From the NCBI GenBank assembly GCA_963817955.1, contig CAWFQK010000009.1, positions 96,001-160,000 on the forward strand: a stretch of 64,000 nucleotides of DNA, written 5' to 3'. Positions within the stretch are counted from its first letter, which is position 1; every line of letters starts with the position of its first letter. Source of the stretch: an uncultured Gemmatimonadaceae bacterium. Its GTDB lineage: Bacteria; Gemmatimonadota; Gemmatimonadetes; Gemmatimonadales; Gemmatimonadaceae. The notes under the pieces are model-generated. The model saw nothing but the letters and a program-made list of their open reading frames with translations. It had not been told where the DNA came from and ran no database searches. This document shows positions 1 through 10,629 of this stretch, in pieces. The translations under genes were made by a program, and so were the position numbers.

Positions 1-1
1 G

Positions 2-3000
2 CGGCATGACCAGCAGCGGCATGAGATACTCGAACATGCTCCCGCTCCACGACACGAGCGCGGTGGCACCATCCACCACAGTGAGCGAGCGGCCGAGTCG
101 AAACCAGTGCTCGGTGGGCGCATCGCCCTTCGCGATGGCGAGGAAACTCGCCAGGCGCGACTCCGACGCGAGCAAATCGTATGACGATTCGTCCAGCTTA
201 CCGGTTCGCGCATCGTACCCGATCGCAAACAGCCGACGCTGCGGGTCGTAGACGAGTTGGAAGTCCATTGCGGTCGCCATGTCGCGTGCGCGCCGCGCGA
301 GCGCGTCCAGCCGATCGACCAGTGTCGCCGCGCCAGCCGACGCGCGGGCCGCCGTTCGTAGCGGCGTGCGAGCTTCCGTTTCGGCGTCGAGTTCCAGTGC
401 GGTGAGTTCGGCGGCAGCCGCTTCCAGTCGCTGACGCGCCCACACGGTCGCGGCGGCCGTCTCGGGCGAGTTCGCGCTCGCGGTGGCACGCCGTCGCAGG
501 TCGAGCGTTGCGCCGTGGTAGGCTAACAGCCGTTCCCCAACCCACGGAGCGCGTCCGCTGCCGCCGTCGGCGGGGCGACTACCGTACTGGATGCCCTCGG
601 CGTCGAGCGCTGCCCAGAGCCGTGCGTCGTCCACGGGACCATCCGCCATTCCCAGGCAGCCTTGCGCGACGGCGACGAGATGGCCGGCGAGATTCCCTGA
701 ATCTACCGTCGACACGTACGGAGGATCGAGCACGCGCAAGTCGCTCAGGTCATACCAATTGAAGAAGTGTCCGCGCAGGCGCGACATCCGATCCAACGCG
801 TCGAACGCGCGTTCCAGACGGTCGAGCGTCTCGCCGCGCGTGAGGATTCCGAGGTCGCACGCCGACATCGTGGCCAACAGCTGTAGTCCGATGTTCGTTG
901 GCGACGTGCGCGAGGCGATGATCGGTTCGGGAGTCTCCTGGAAATTGTCGGGAACGAGCCAGTGTGTCTCGGCCGTGACAAAACGATCGAAATAGCGCCA
1001 GTGACGGAGCGCGTACCGGAGAGCGGTTTGGCGCTGGTCGGCATCGAGCGACCGATCGCGCCGCAGCAGGGGCGCGCTCAGGGCGATCGCCACCTCCGGC
1101 GCGAGCAACCATGCGACGGCCAGGCCGGCGAAGCCAGCCGTCGATGCCAACTGCGCGGCTCCGTGAATGGCAACGGATGTTGCGTGCCAGGCGACGAGCG
1201 ACATGATTGTGCCGCCGAGGAGCGTTGCGGGCCACATGCGTTGCCAGACTGATCGTCTGCTGTGGCCGGTCGTTCGCTCGGTCTGCGATGCCGTCTGCCA
1301 CTCGAGCATTCGGCGGTGGCGCAGGACCCGGACGATGCTGCGCACGATCGCGTCGCCCGCGAGCAGCGCCTGATCCGGCAGCAGGATCACGGCCAGGCCG
1401 AGTTGTTCGATGGCGCGCGATGCATCGCCGCCAAGCGCGACATAGTAGGGCCGCCAGCTATGTCCGCGCGGTGGGCGCAACGCCGCGAACAGGAGCGGCG
1501 CGATCCACGGCGTGCTCAGCGCAGCGAGCGCGGCCGCGGTCCACATGAATCCCGGGCCTGGCAAGACGGTCCAGCCGGCGACAAGCCACACGAGTAGCGC
1601 AATGGGATTCAGGCTGCGTCGCATGTTGTCAGCAATCTTCCATCGCGACAGCAGAGATAGCGGATTCGGATTCGAGCCAGACGCTCCGGGAACACGCCGC
1701 TTGAGCCAGGGCAAGAGCTGCCAGTCGCCGCGTACCCAGCGGTGCGTGCGCCGGGTAGACGTGAGATAGCGCGTCGGATAATCATCGAATACTTCCACGT
1801 CCGTCACGAGCCCAGCCCGCGCGAACGTACCCTCGATGAGATCGTGGCTGAGCAGCGTGTTCTCGGGAAAGCGCCCCGCCGTGGCGCGGCGAAACACGTC
1901 CACGTCGTAAATGCCCTTTCCGGTGAAAGTCCCCTCGCCGAACAGATCCTGGTAGACGTCCGACACCGCGGTGGTATACGGGTCCACACCGGGATGGCCC
2001 GCGTACACGGAGGCAAAGCGCGACTCGCTTGCGCTGGCAAGCGACACGCTCACGCGCGGCTGCAGAATGCCGTAGCCGCGAACGACACGTCCGCGCGCTG
2101 GATCGTACTCTGCCCGATTGAGTGGATGGGCGATGGTGCCGATGAGCGCCGCGGCCGCGCCACGCGGCAACATCGTATCGGAATCCAGCGTGATGACGTA
2201 TCGAACGCTGCGTAACCACGGCACTTCACCTTCGACGACGGGAAAGGCGTGGTCGTCCTCGTCGCGGATGAACGCGTTGAAATCAACGAGCTTGCCGCGC
2301 TTTCGTTCCCATCCCATCCAGATGCCATCGGCGGAATTCCACCGGCGATGGCGGTGGAGCAGATAGAACGGAGGTCCCGCCTCGCTCTGGCCGGCGTCTC
2401 CGCCGTACGCGACGTTCAAGGCGCGAATCCCGTCTACTGCCGCCGCGACAATCTCGTCATCTCCTGGCAAGGTCTCGGACGGTGCATCGAGCAGATCCGT
2501 GAGCATCGCGAATCGCATCTGCGGGTCGCGATTCGCCAGGTACTGGACTTCGATATGTTCGAGCGCATGCCGCACGGCATCGACGCTCCCGACGAGCAGG
2601 GGAACGACGACCGCCGTTCGGTCGCGCGCCGGCACGGCGTGCTCGTAATCGAGCCGGGGAAGTCGATCCGGTGGGACGAGGATCATCACGGCCTGATGCA
2701 CGAGTGCGATCGCGGCATCCGCGGCCGGAAGGAACGCGAGAACGAGCGCGCCGAGCAGCCATGTCGCACGCGCGTGCGTGGTCGGCGCCAGGCTGAGCGG
2801 CATCACGAGGACGACGAGTGCCAACGCCGTTGCGATGACCAGGGCGCCGAAGTAGACATGGTCAGGATGTGCCAACAGCCACTCGGTCACACGGCGCGTC
2901 ATCGGATTGCGGTAGCCAACCGCGCCCTCGAACGTCCGGCGACCCTCGTCCACGAGATGGTAGCCGATGTGCGCCTCTCGAGCATCGACGCCTATCGTCG

Positions 3001-4054
3001 CGGCGGCAGTGTGTGCGGCTTGGATGGCTGCGGCGGCGACCGCGGGTTCCGCCTTCCCAGCTCCTTTGGCAATCCGTTCCACTGCATGGCGGTAGTGGTC
3101 GCGCGTGGCGCGCGCCATGTCCGCATAGATGCCGGCAGGATCACCGCGCAGGACTGCCTCGGTCGCGCTGACGCTCTCTACGAACGCGGTCCAGTCGATG
3201 CTCGTTACGGATCGCAGGCTGGTGATCGAGTTGGCCATCACCAGCTGCGTGCGTGCCAATTCCTGCACGGACCGCTGCGCCGCGTCTTCCACCGACATGA
3301 CATCTTCGGCGACCCATTGCTCGAGCCACAACAGCGGGGTGAAATCGGCTCGCCGGCTCCGGATCTGCTGCAGGAACCGGGTGAGAAACGCCGGCGTGAG
3401 CGCGGGCCCGTGGTGGACGAACGCCGTCAACTCATGGATCGCATCCTCGCTCGGTTGTGTGCCCAGGAGGCGCAACACCCATTGATCGGCGACGGTGCGG
3501 TCGACGACGTCGCGCGCCGCGCGGAGCGCCATCTGCCGAACATTGTCGAGGAATCCCAGACGTAACATGGCCGGAATCGCCCAGAGCTCGCCCATTGTCA
3601 GCGGCGTCACGCGCTGGTAGTGCTCGATCATGAGCTTGACGCTTGCTTCATCGAGGCGCCCGTCGGTGTGGGCGATCAGCTCGATGATGATTTCATAAAT
3701 GCGCGGGTATCCCGCCAACACGTCGTCGCCGGCGAGCTTCGGGAGCTCCTGGTAATAGCCAGCCGGAAGCGTCGCCCGAATTTCCGGAACCTGCTCCTGC
3801 ACGACGAAGAAGTTGTCGAGCAACCAGGCGCCGGCGGGGCTCACGTCGTCGCCGGCAGCCGCGGCGCCGCCGAGCAAGTCGCACGCCGCGATCAGCTCAC
3901 GTTCCGTGGCCTCCAGTCGCGAGAGGAGCGGCCCGCGTTTGCGACGTTTGAACCAGCCCGGCTGTGGCGTCACGGCAATCGTATGCCGACGCGCAAGTGT
4001 TCGCGCGTGCTCGGCTAGCTGGCGCGCGCCGAACAATTGTCCGTGGGGCAGCAT
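2..4054 (-). CDS. ndvB: Cyclic beta-1,2-glucan synthase (NdvB/ChvB/Cgs-like), 3' end runs off the window
   Basis: Not in the ORF track because there is no stop in the window. Manual translation: starts MLPHGQLFGARQLAEHARTLARRH after GGAG, and contains WRYFDRFV..HWLVPDNFQE..RTSPTNIG and LVSWSGSMFEYLMP in the same frame. Confidence 0.85.
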   Translation of the reverse strand, partial: MLPHGQLFGARQLAEHARTLARRHTIAVTPQPGWFKRRKRGPLLSRLEATERELIAACDLLGGAAAAGDDVSPAGAWLLDNFFVVQEQVPEIRATLPAGYYQELPKLAGDDVLAGYPRIYEIIIELIAHTDGRLDEASVKLMIEHYQRVTPLTMGELWAIPAMLRLGFLDNVRQMALRAARDVVDRTVADQWVLRLLGTQPSEDAIHELTAFVHHGPALTPAFLTRFLQQIRSRRADFTPLLWLEQWVAEDVMSVEDAAQRSVQELARTQLVMANSITSLRSVTSIDWTAFVESVSATEAVLRGDPAGIYADMARATRDHYRHAVERIAKGAGKAEPAVAAAAIQAAHTAAATIGVDAREAHIGYHLVDEGRRTFEGAVGYRNPMTRRVTEWLLAHPDHVYFGALVIATALALVVLVMPLSLAPTTHARATWLLGALVLAFLPAADAAIALVHQAVMILVPPDRLPRLDYEHAVPARDRTAVVVPLLVGSVDAVRHALEHIEVQYLANRDPQMRFAMLTDLLDAPSETLPGDDEIVAAAVDGIRALNVAYGGDAGQSEAGPPFYLLHRHRRWNSADGIWMGWERKRGKLVDFNAFIRDEDDHAFPVVEGEVPWLRSVRYVITLDSDTMLPRGAAAALIGTIAHPLNRAEYDPARGRVVRGYGILQPRVSVSLASASESRFASVYAGHPGVDPYTTAVSDVYQDLFGEGTFTGKGIYDVDVFRRATAGRFPENTLLSHDLIEGTFARAGLVTDVEVFDDYPTRYLTSTRRTHRWVRGDWQLLPWLKRRVPGASGSNPNPLSLLSRWKIADNMRRSLNPIALLVWLVAGWTVLPGPGFMWTAAALAALSTPWIAPLLFAALRPPRGHSWRPYYVALGGDASRAIEQLGLAVILLPDQALLAGDAIVRSIVRVLRHRRMLEWQTASQTERTTGHSRRSVWQRMWPATLLGGTIMSLVAWHATSVAIHGAAQLASTAGFAGLAVAWLLAPEVAIALSAPLLRRDRSLDADQRQTALRYALRHWRYFDRFVTAETHWLVPDNFQETPEPIIASRTSPTNIGLQLLATMSACDLGILTRGETLDRLERAFDALDRMSRLRGHFFNWYDLSDLRVLDPPYVSTVDSGNLAGHLVAVAQGCLGMADGPVDDARLWAALDAEGIQYGSRPADGGSGRAPWVGERLLAYHGATLDLRRRATASANSPETAAATVWARQRLEAAAAELTALELDAETEARTPLRTAARASAGAATLVDRLDALARRARDMATAMDFQLVYDPQRRLFAIGYDARTGKLDESSYDLLASESRLASFLAIAKGDAPTEHWFRLGRSLTVVDGATALVSWSGSMFEYLMPLLVMP

Positions 4055-4247
4055 CGCATGCTCCTGGAAATGAGAACTCGCCGCACGCCGGTCGCGCAGC
4101 TGACCGCGCGATCGGTGGACGGCGAATGCGGGCGCCTGTCGACGTGTTCCGCAGTCTAATGCATGACGTCTGGCCCAGGCACTCCCGAGGCACGCCGAAT
4201 GAGTCTTCTAATACTCTTGTGATAACCGGCGAACGCGCGATGCCGCG

Positions 4248-4613
4248 TTACGGATCCGTCGGCTGCGCCACCGCGGGCCCGATGCAATCGTGCATGAGCT
4301 GAACGAGCATCCGTGACTGGGGGCCGCCAGTCAGTGCGCTGTCGTTCTCGGCGTCCAGCCGGGCGGGATGATTGACCACGCACTCTTCGAAGGTGCGTGC
4401 GATCGCTTCCGGCGTCGACCCGGCGGCGAGCATTTGCTGCGCGACCATGCTCGCAATGGTCTGGAGGCCCGTGCGGGCGCCGAAGGTCCCATGAATCGCC
4501 CGGGCGATCTGATTCGACAGCCGACGCGCCGCGGCGTCGGACAGGGCCGCCGGACGAACAACCTCAGCGTGCTGCGAAACCAGCACGCTGCGTGTATTTA
4601 ACCCTCGATCCAT
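4248..4613 (-). CDS. Hypothetical protein
   Basis: ATG at 4613 preceded by GGAGG; ~121 aa with protein-like composition. Confidence 0.55.
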   Translation of the reverse strand: MDRGLNTRSVLVSQHAEVVRPAALSDAAARRLSNQIARAIHGTFGARTGLQTIASMVAQQMLAAGSTPEAIARTFEECVVNHPARLDAENDSALTGGPQSRMLVQLMHDCIGPAVAQPTDP

Positions 4614-4738
4614 TCGTGCCCTCCGTACTCCAGTTACCTGAAACGTAGCCGGAAGCCGGCACGGCCGCTCGATATCGAGGAGATGACGTCGCTGGTAAAT
4701 GGCCGTGGACGATCCGAAAACGACCTGAGGCGCAGCGC

Positions 4739-5128
4739 CTATCTCGCTCCGCTGTTCCGCTGCTTCGGCATGAGCCAATGCTTCACTTCTGCCACGAGCG
4801 CCATAGGCGAGAAGGGCTTGTTCAAGTAGGTGGTGCAGCCGCTCGCCAGCGCCGCGCGCCGAGCACCATCGGTTTGCAGCCCGCTGATCGCGATGATCGG
4901 AATGTGCTTCGTAGCATCGGCATCGCTGAGAAGCTTGGCGACGTCGAGGCCGCTCATGGTCGGTAGCATCAGGTCGAGCAGCACGATGTCCGGTGGATCC
5001 GCGAATGCGAGATTCGCCGCCTCGAGACCGTCGGTTGCTTCGACTACCGTCAGGCCGTTCAGGCGCAGCACGTCAGCGAGCAGCCGGAGCTGCTCGACAT
5101 CATCTTCGGCGATCAGAACACGGCTCAT
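4739..5128 (-). CDS. Single-domain response regulator (CheY/DivK-like receiver)
   Basis: VLIAEDD...PDIVLLDLMLP.MSG...IPIIAISG...YLNKPF receiver motifs. Confidence 0.92.
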   Translation of the reverse strand: MSRVLIAEDDVEQLRLLADVLRLNGLTVVEATDGLEAANLAFADPPDIVLLDLMLPTMSGLDVAKLLSDADATKHIPIIAISGLQTDGARRAALASGCTTYLNKPFSPMALVAEVKHWLMPKQRNSGAR

Positions 5129-5197
5129 CGGCTACGGTCGAAGCTAGAGGTTCCTCTCGACAGAGAAACTAACGCAAATGTTTCTATCGCGAAGAAG

Positions 5198-5232
5198 CCG
5201 TGTCTCGTATCCCGTGTCCCGTGTCCCGTGTC
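5198..5232. repeat. Heptamer tandem repeat (GTGTCCC)n
   Basis: ccGTGTCTC GTATCCC GTGTCCC GTGTCCC GTGTC, intergenic next to the ROK stop codon. Confidence 0.85.
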
Positions 5233-5233
5233 G

Positions 5234-6130
5234 CTACCCTGCCGGCCAGAGCCATGCTGCGCCACGTACGCCGCTCGCGTCACCGTGCATTGCGCGCACC
5301 ACCGTGGTAAGCACCGCATCGGAGAACACGTAGCGTGGCAGCCGCGACACGACGGCGTCTGCCAGTCCGTAGATGTTCGACATCCCGCCGCCGAGGACGA
5401 TCACGTCAGGGTCGAGCACGTTGATGACGGTCGCGAGGCCACGCGCCAGACGATCGTGGTACCGCGACAGCGCCGCCGCCGCGTTCTCGTCTCCGTGCTC
5501 CGCGGCGAGAACGATTTCCTGCGACGTCCACGCCCGTCCGGTCACGCGCTCATGCTCCGCGACGAAGCCGGGGCCGGACAACCAGCTTTCGATGCAGCCG
5601 CGTCGTCCGCAGTAGCACTCGGGTCCGGGATGCTCCTCTGCGGTCTGCCACGGCAGCGGGTTATGTCCCCATTCACCGGCGATGAGGTTGACGCCCTCGA
5701 TGCAGCGACCCTCGATGACGATGCCGCCGCCCACGCCCGTGCCGAGAATCACGCCGAATACAACGCGCGCGGCGGTGGCGGCTCCGTCGCCTGCCTCGGA
5801 GAGCACGAAGCAGTTCGCGTCGTTCATCAGCCGTACGGGACGTGCGAGCCGCCGTTCGACATCGTGGCCGAGTGGTTGGCCGATCAGCCAGACCGAATTC
5901 GCGTTCTTCACCAGTCCCGTGGCCGGCGTGATGACGCCTGGAATGCCGATGCCCACCGTCCCGCGCTGGCCTGTTTCCCGCTCGAGGCGAGCGACGAGAT
6001 CTGTGATGGCATCCAGTGTGGCCTCGTACGCGCGTGGTGTGCTCACCCGCCGACGGGCCAGGATCTCACCCGATGCGGACAGTGCGATGCCTTCGATTTT
6101 CGTCCCGCCGAGGTCGATGCCGATACGCAT
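5234..6130 (-). CDS. ROK family sugar kinase (manno/fructokinase-like)
   Basis: MRIGIDLGGTKIE, NDANCF, GTGVGGG, GEWGH, CYCGRRGCIE. Confidence 0.92.
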   Translation of the reverse strand: MRIGIDLGGTKIEGIALSASGEILARRRVSTPRAYEATLDAITDLVARLERETGQRGTVGIGIPGVITPATGLVKNANSVWLIGQPLGHDVERRLARPVRLMNDANCFVLSEAGDGAATAARVVFGVILGTGVGGGIVIEGRCIEGVNLIAGEWGHNPLPWQTAEEHPGPECYCGRRGCIESWLSGPGFVAEHERVTGRAWTSQEIVLAAEHGDENAAAALSRYHDRLARGLATVINVLDPDVIVLGGGMSNIYGLADAVVSRLPRYVFSDAVLTTVVRAMHGDASGVRGAAWLWPAG

Positions 6131-6230
6131 GCATAGCGAATCTATCGCCATCGCCAACGTACTCGCGGTGCGCGTCTTGCCAAATGCTGCACTCGCTATT
6201 CGCAATCACGTGTTTCCAGAGGAGGATCGC

Positions 6231-6842
6231 GTGTACGCCACCAGCATGGTGCGGATGCTCGCCGGCATGGCTGCTGGCGCGCTCACCGCCGGTTGCAGCG
6301 CCTACGGCCGCACGCAGAGTGCAACAGGCACGGTCCCCGTCACTCCGAGCGTGTTCGTCACACTGATCCCGGCGCTACCGCAGCGTGATCTGGCTCTGCT
6401 GAACCGCATGAGCGACGGCAACATCCTGCAGCACGTCGCGATGAGTGATTCCCTGGAAATCGTAATGGCTCAAATGGCGCTCCGGCGAACGCACGACACC
6501 GGGGTGTCCTCGTTCGCCAGAATGCTCATTGCCGACCACTCGATGAATCTGCAGGACGGCCAGATCCTCGCGCGACAGACCGGGATCACTCCGACCACTG
6601 CCCCCGGGGATACGAGCGGTATCATGTTGTTCCGATTGCTGCATGTGCTCAACGAGGATTCCACAGACTTCAATCAGGTGTTCTTGCGCTCGCAGGTTCA
6701 GCTGCACCAGCGGGAACTTGCCGAATTGCAGACGCTGCAAGACGTCGCGCGGGACCAGGACGTGCGCGAGCACGTCGCCGCAACCATCCCGGTCATCCGG
6801 AAGCACTTGGCGCGTGCAATGGATTTGGTTGCGGCGAAATAG
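6231..6842 (+). CDS. DUF4142-like lipoprotein
   Basis: GGAGG before a GTG start, lipobox LTAGC, then the pattern FARMLIADHS...FNQVFLRSQVQLH...IPVIRKHL. Confidence 0.7.
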   Translation: MYATSMVRMLAGMAAGALTAGCSAYGRTQSATGTVPVTPSVFVTLIPALPQRDLALLNRMSDGNILQHVAMSDSLEIVMAQMALRRTHDTGVSSFARMLIADHSMNLQDGQILARQTGITPTTAPGDTSGIMLFRLLHVLNEDSTDFNQVFLRSQVQLHQRELAELQTLQDVARDQDVREHVAATIPVIRKHLARAMDLVAAK

Positions 6843-6972
6843 GCGATCGGCGAGCAACCAGCAACCGTTACTCGTCATCGGTTTGTGGCGCACTCGACGG
6901 GGAAACGTGGCCCGCGGCACGTCGCGCGGTGCGTGACTTGCCCCACGAGCCAGCATTCCCTCAGGAGGACAC

Positions 6973-7611
6973 ATGTATCAGAAGCTCGCGCTCGTATTCG
7001 GCGGCGTGCTCGCCGCCGCAGGCTGTGCGCAAACGACTCACGTGGAGTCTGCCGGTGAAGTTGCCCCGGCAATGCCCGTCACGCGCAACTATGTGCCCGC
7101 CGGCACGGCGATGAACATCCGCCTCAACCAATCGCTGGGGACACGGTCGAGCCGCGAAGGAGACGCATTCACGGCTACGGTCATCGATCCAGTCATCGCC
7201 CAGGACGGTTCCGTGGCCGTGCCCGCGGGCGCGACCCTCTCCGGACACGTCACGGGTTTGCATACGAGCAATATTCCGGGCGAGCAGTCCATCATCCGGC
7301 TCAATTTCGACGACATCACCCTGCGTAACCGGACCTATCCGTTCGGGGCAAGCATCTCGAACGTCACCGTCCAGAATCAGCCAACGAATGCGCCGGCCAA
7401 CCCGACGCGCGGCGCCGTCACTGGCGCAGCCGCCGGTGCCGTGCTCGGCGCGATTGTCAGCGGCGGGGAGCTCAGCAAGATCCTTACGGGCGGTCTGCTC
7501 GGCGCAGCGGCCGGTACGGTGATCTCGATGGGGCAGGGCGGCACACAATCGGTGATTCCGGCGGGATCGATGATGACTATTCGCTCATCACAGCCGGTCT
7601 CGATCCGGTGA
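6973..7611 (+). CDS. Hypothetical lipoprotein with glycine zipper
   Basis: AGGAGG RBS, lipobox AAAGC, VPAGT..LNQSL..GDAFTATV, GAAAGAVLGAI..GGLLGAAAGT. Confidence 0.75.
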   Translation: MYQKLALVFGGVLAAAGCAQTTHVESAGEVAPAMPVTRNYVPAGTAMNIRLNQSLGTRSSREGDAFTATVIDPVIAQDGSVAVPAGATLSGHVTGLHTSNIPGEQSIIRLNFDDITLRNRTYPFGASISNVTVQNQPTNAPANPTRGAVTGAAAGAVLGAIVSGGELSKILTGGLLGAAAGTVISMGQGGTQSVIPAGSMMTIRSSQPVSIR

Positions 7612-7612
7612 G

Positions 7613-8698
7613 TTAGGGCGTCGGCACGCTCCATTTGCCGGGCGTCGGAAGAACCGGCGCAACGTTCACCAGCGTTGCCCGCGGCCACATCGACGGCACG
7701 CCACGAATGAATGTGACGAGGCCGTCGATGGGCGCGCGGATCTCACCCGTGGGCCGTCCGACGAAATCTGTCGTGCGGCCCACGAGCTGACCCTTCTTCA
7801 CGCGTGTGTCGCGCGCCACGAGCGGGAAGAAGACCCCCGCGCCGTCAGCAGCGACGCGCGCGCCGGCACCAGAGAGCCAGACAGGGCGCTGCACCGGCGT
7901 CACCTTGCGCGGCAACATGGTGAGTTGGCCAAGCACATTGAGTGATCCGTCGACGAGAGCCGTGAGGTCGGCCGGCGCCACGACGCCGGAGCGTCCCGCT
8001 TCCGCCACGAGAATCGTCTTGCCTCGGACGAGCGCCTGTCCGGAAAGCGATCGACTCGCCGTCGGGCTGTTCGGATCCACGTCCGTCACGATGATGTGAT
8101 CCAGCCCAAATGCCTTCGCGAGCGCGAGCCCCGCGGAATCCTGCCGCGCCCGTCCTCCGCGGAACCAGTAGCTGTATGGCCGCAAGTCTTCGTCGAGATC
8201 GCCGCCGTGCAGATCCACGACGATATCTGACGGCCCCACGATCTTCTCTGTGATGGCCGCGAGCGCGCGCTGCGTCTGTGATCCATTCACATCGCCGGGA
8301 TAGCTCGAGTTCATCCCCTTGCGGTCGATCGGGTTCACGTGTGGCGTCATGCTGAGGAATGAGGCGACGTTGACCAGAGGCACGACGATGACGGTTCCGG
8401 AAAGCGTGCGGGCGTCGATCCGCCCGATCAGCTTCTGCATGGCGATGATCGAGCTGTACTCCGTACCGTGGCTTCCCGCCACGAACGCCACGGTCGGGCC
8501 CGGGCGTATGCCGCGAATGACGGCAACGGCGATCTGCAACGCCGAGTCGGAGCCCGCTGGGATGTCGATGGAGCCGTAAGCCGTGGTGCCGGGTGCAGCC
8601 GTCGCTGATCCGACGGTGAACGACGTGGTCTGCTGGGCCGTGAGTACGGGGGCGGCCACGAAGACGGCGACTGTAGCGCGAAGGACTAGTCGAAGCAT
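7613..8698 (-). CDS. Succinylglutamate desuccinylase/aspartoacylase (M14) family, exported
   Basis: Signal peptide, AGSHGTE, MNSSYPG, VDLHGGD, EAG motifs. Confidence 0.85.
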   Translation of the reverse strand: MLRLVLRATVAVFVAAPVLTAQQTTSFTVGSATAAPGTTAYGSIDIPAGSDSALQIAVAVIRGIRPGPTVAFVAGSHGTEYSSIIAMQKLIGRIDARTLSGTVIVVPLVNVASFLSMTPHVNPIDRKGMNSSYPGDVNGSQTQRALAAITEKIVGPSDIVVDLHGGDLDEDLRPYSYWFRGGRARQDSAGLALAKAFGLDHIIVTDVDPNSPTASRSLSGQALVRGKTILVAEAGRSGVVAPADLTALVDGSLNVLGQLTMLPRKVTPVQRPVWLSGAGARVAADGAGVFFPLVARDTRVKKGQLVGRTTDFVGRPTGEIRAPIDGLVTFIRGVPSMWPRATLVNVAPVLPTPGKWSVPTP

Positions 8699-8788
8699 GA
8701 TTCTCTCGGTGGGGGCGTGGCGAGAGGATACCACGCGAGGCGCGCGAGCGACAGGTCGCCGCGTTGGCGACATGACCCAGCAAACAGA

Positions 8789-8809
8789 CCCCCGGCCTGT
8801 GGCCGGGGG
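8789..8809 (-). terminator. Intrinsic terminator-like hairpin
   Basis: CCCCCGGCC-TGT-GGCCGGGGG, followed on the minus strand by TCTGTTTG, just downstream of the 8834 gene. Confidence 0.6.
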
Positions 8810-8833
8810 CGGTACGCGCAATCCGAGACGCGA

Positions 8834-9715
8834 TCAGCTGATGGTGAATTCCTTCACCATACCGTGCATCAGGTGCGGCTTACCGTCTTTGCTATCCGGT
8901 ACGAAGCAGACGAAGGCATAGTGACCGGCGGTGAGATCGACGGTCGTGAACTCCGGGGCCATGCCCGGCTCAACCGCTGTGATCCCGCCGATCGCATCCC
9001 CCGGCGGCGGCCCGTTCATCTTGTCGTACCACGCCTCCAAGTCCTTCACCGTTTTGCCCGGCGCAAAGCGGATGATCTCCATCTCGTGCATCTGCGGGCC
9101 CTTATTCGTGACCTCAATGGTGTGTTTGCCGCGCGTGAGCGCGCCCTTCAAGTCGAAGTTGTAATCGACGAGTGAAACCCTGACGTCGGCCTTGGGCAGC
9201 GCAGGCAGCGCCGCAACGGCGTTCGGGGCGGCGGTCACGGTGAATGGCCGTACCATGCCTTTGGCGAAGTGCGGCACATGCGCAGGGAAGTCAACCATGC
9301 AGATGAGCGCGTACCGGCCCGGTGTCAGCTTGAGCTCCGCGTCTGATTCGGCGCCCGGATTCGGCGCGTTTGGTCCACCGACGAACACGGCCCAGGCCGG
9401 CGGCGGTCCCGGGTTCTTCAATGCGGCCTCGAAATCCTGAACGGTCTTTCCACTGCCGAGACGGACGATCTGCAGATGGTGCAGGTTCGGACCATCATTC
9501 ACGAAGTGAAATGTGGTCCACCCTGCGCTGATGGAATCCGGCGCGTCGAATGCGAAGTCCTTGGCGTGGATCGTGGCGATGCGCGTCGCCGGGTCGAAGC
9601 TGGCTTGTGACACGCTGCCCGCGGCGGTGCCTGCGTTCTGGTTCGCGGTCCCCTTTGGGCTACACGCGCACAGGACAGCCGCCACGGCGAGGAGCGCCCC
9701 GAATGGTCGGTTCAT
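8834..9715 (-). CDS. Lipoprotein with two cupredoxin-like domains
   Basis: Lipobox-like LCACS. Two repeats: N.G...H...YALICMV..PHFAKGM and N.G...HE...YAFVCFV..PHLMHGM. Confidence 0.7.
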   Translation of the reverse strand: MNRPFGALLAVAAVLCACSPKGTANQNAGTAAGSVSQASFDPATRIATIHAKDFAFDAPDSISAGWTTFHFVNDGPNLHHLQIVRLGSGKTVQDFEAALKNPGPPPAWAVFVGGPNAPNPGAESDAELKLTPGRYALICMVDFPAHVPHFAKGMVRPFTVTAAPNAVAALPALPKADVRVSLVDYNFDLKGALTRGKHTIEVTNKGPQMHEMEIIRFAPGKTVKDLEAWYDKMNGPPPGDAIGGITAVEPGMAPEFTTVDLTAGHYAFVCFVPDSKDGKPHLMHGMVKEFTIS

Positions 9716-9927
9716 GAAGCCTCTCGATGGTGTTGGTGAATTGCAGAGCGTGAACATGGGCATCTCTGCAAGAACAGAGCGCGGCTACCAGGCATTCGAC
9801 AGCCGCGCTCGTCGTGTACGCCGTGATGCCTATCCGAGCCGACCGGCGGGGCGACCGCTACGGAGCAGCCAGCGACATCCAGCCGGTCAACGTCCAGGAG
9901 TCGAATGTCCGCTTCACCGTCCGTGAT

Positions 9928-10629
9928 CTACGTGACGCTCACCAGATCCACGTACGCAAACCGTCCGTCTCTCAGTACTCGCTCGCCGACATCGTAGCAA
10001 ATGGGCGTCGTGAAGATCGGTCCGTCGGCAACAAAGGTGTGAAACTCCCCACGTTCCCCGCACGGATCGACCCCGGCTGGCAACTCTTCGAGCAATGCTT
10101 CGTCGAACGCGCGCCCCGAGAATGCGCCGTCGAGTTGCGTGGTATCGACGCATACGAGGCGCGCCTCGAATCCCGCCGCGATGAACTCGCGCGCCAGCGC
10201 GTCCGTCGGAGTCCCCCAAATCGGGAAGAGGCCGGCGAACCCGAGTGGGGCGAGGCGTTCCTCTCGATAACGGCGCACCTCCTCCAGGAAGAGATCTCCG
10301 TAGGCGATCCGTCTGACCGCGGGGTAGCGGCCGCGAAGTTCGCCGAGGGCCACCGCGACCGCGGCGTCGTATGTCGCGTTGTCGCACTGAGGCTGCAACA
10401 CGATCTCGTGTAAAGGCAGGCCGATCGACTGCGCCTGCGCGGTGAGCAGCGAGCGGCGAACACCATGGATGCTAATGCGGTCGTATCCTGCGGTGACCGC
10501 CGTCAGGAGCGCGACGACCTTGAATGATGCGTCGGCGCAAAGCGCCGCGAGGGCAAGAGCGCTATCCTTGCCGCCGCTCCAGCTCAGCACCACCTGTTCG
10601 GCGCCAGACGGCTCGGGGGGATGGTTCAT
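9928..10629 (-). CDS. PP-loop ATPase, MJ0570/diphthine-ammonia ligase-like
   Basis: SWSGGKDS, HGVR, YGDLFLE, DPCGERGEFHTFV. Start position uncertain. Confidence 0.85.
   Translation of the reverse strand: MNHPPEPSGAEQVVLSWSGGKDSALALAALCADASFKVVALLTAVTAGYDRISIHGVRRSLLTAQAQSIGLPLHEIVLQPQCDNATYDAAVAVALGELRGRYPAVRRIAYGDLFLEEVRRYREERLAPLGFAGLFPIWGTPTDALAREFIAAGFEARLVCVDTTQLDGAFSGRAFDEALLEELPAGVDPCGERGEFHTFVADGPIFTTPICYDVGERVLRDGRFAYVDLVSVT

Noticed and set aside
2249..3565. 438-aa plus-strand ORF and similar long antisense ORFs (e.g. 11080..12552, 18329..19822, 23825..25471)
   Set aside because: Shadow ORFs opposite well-supported genes in high-GC DNA.
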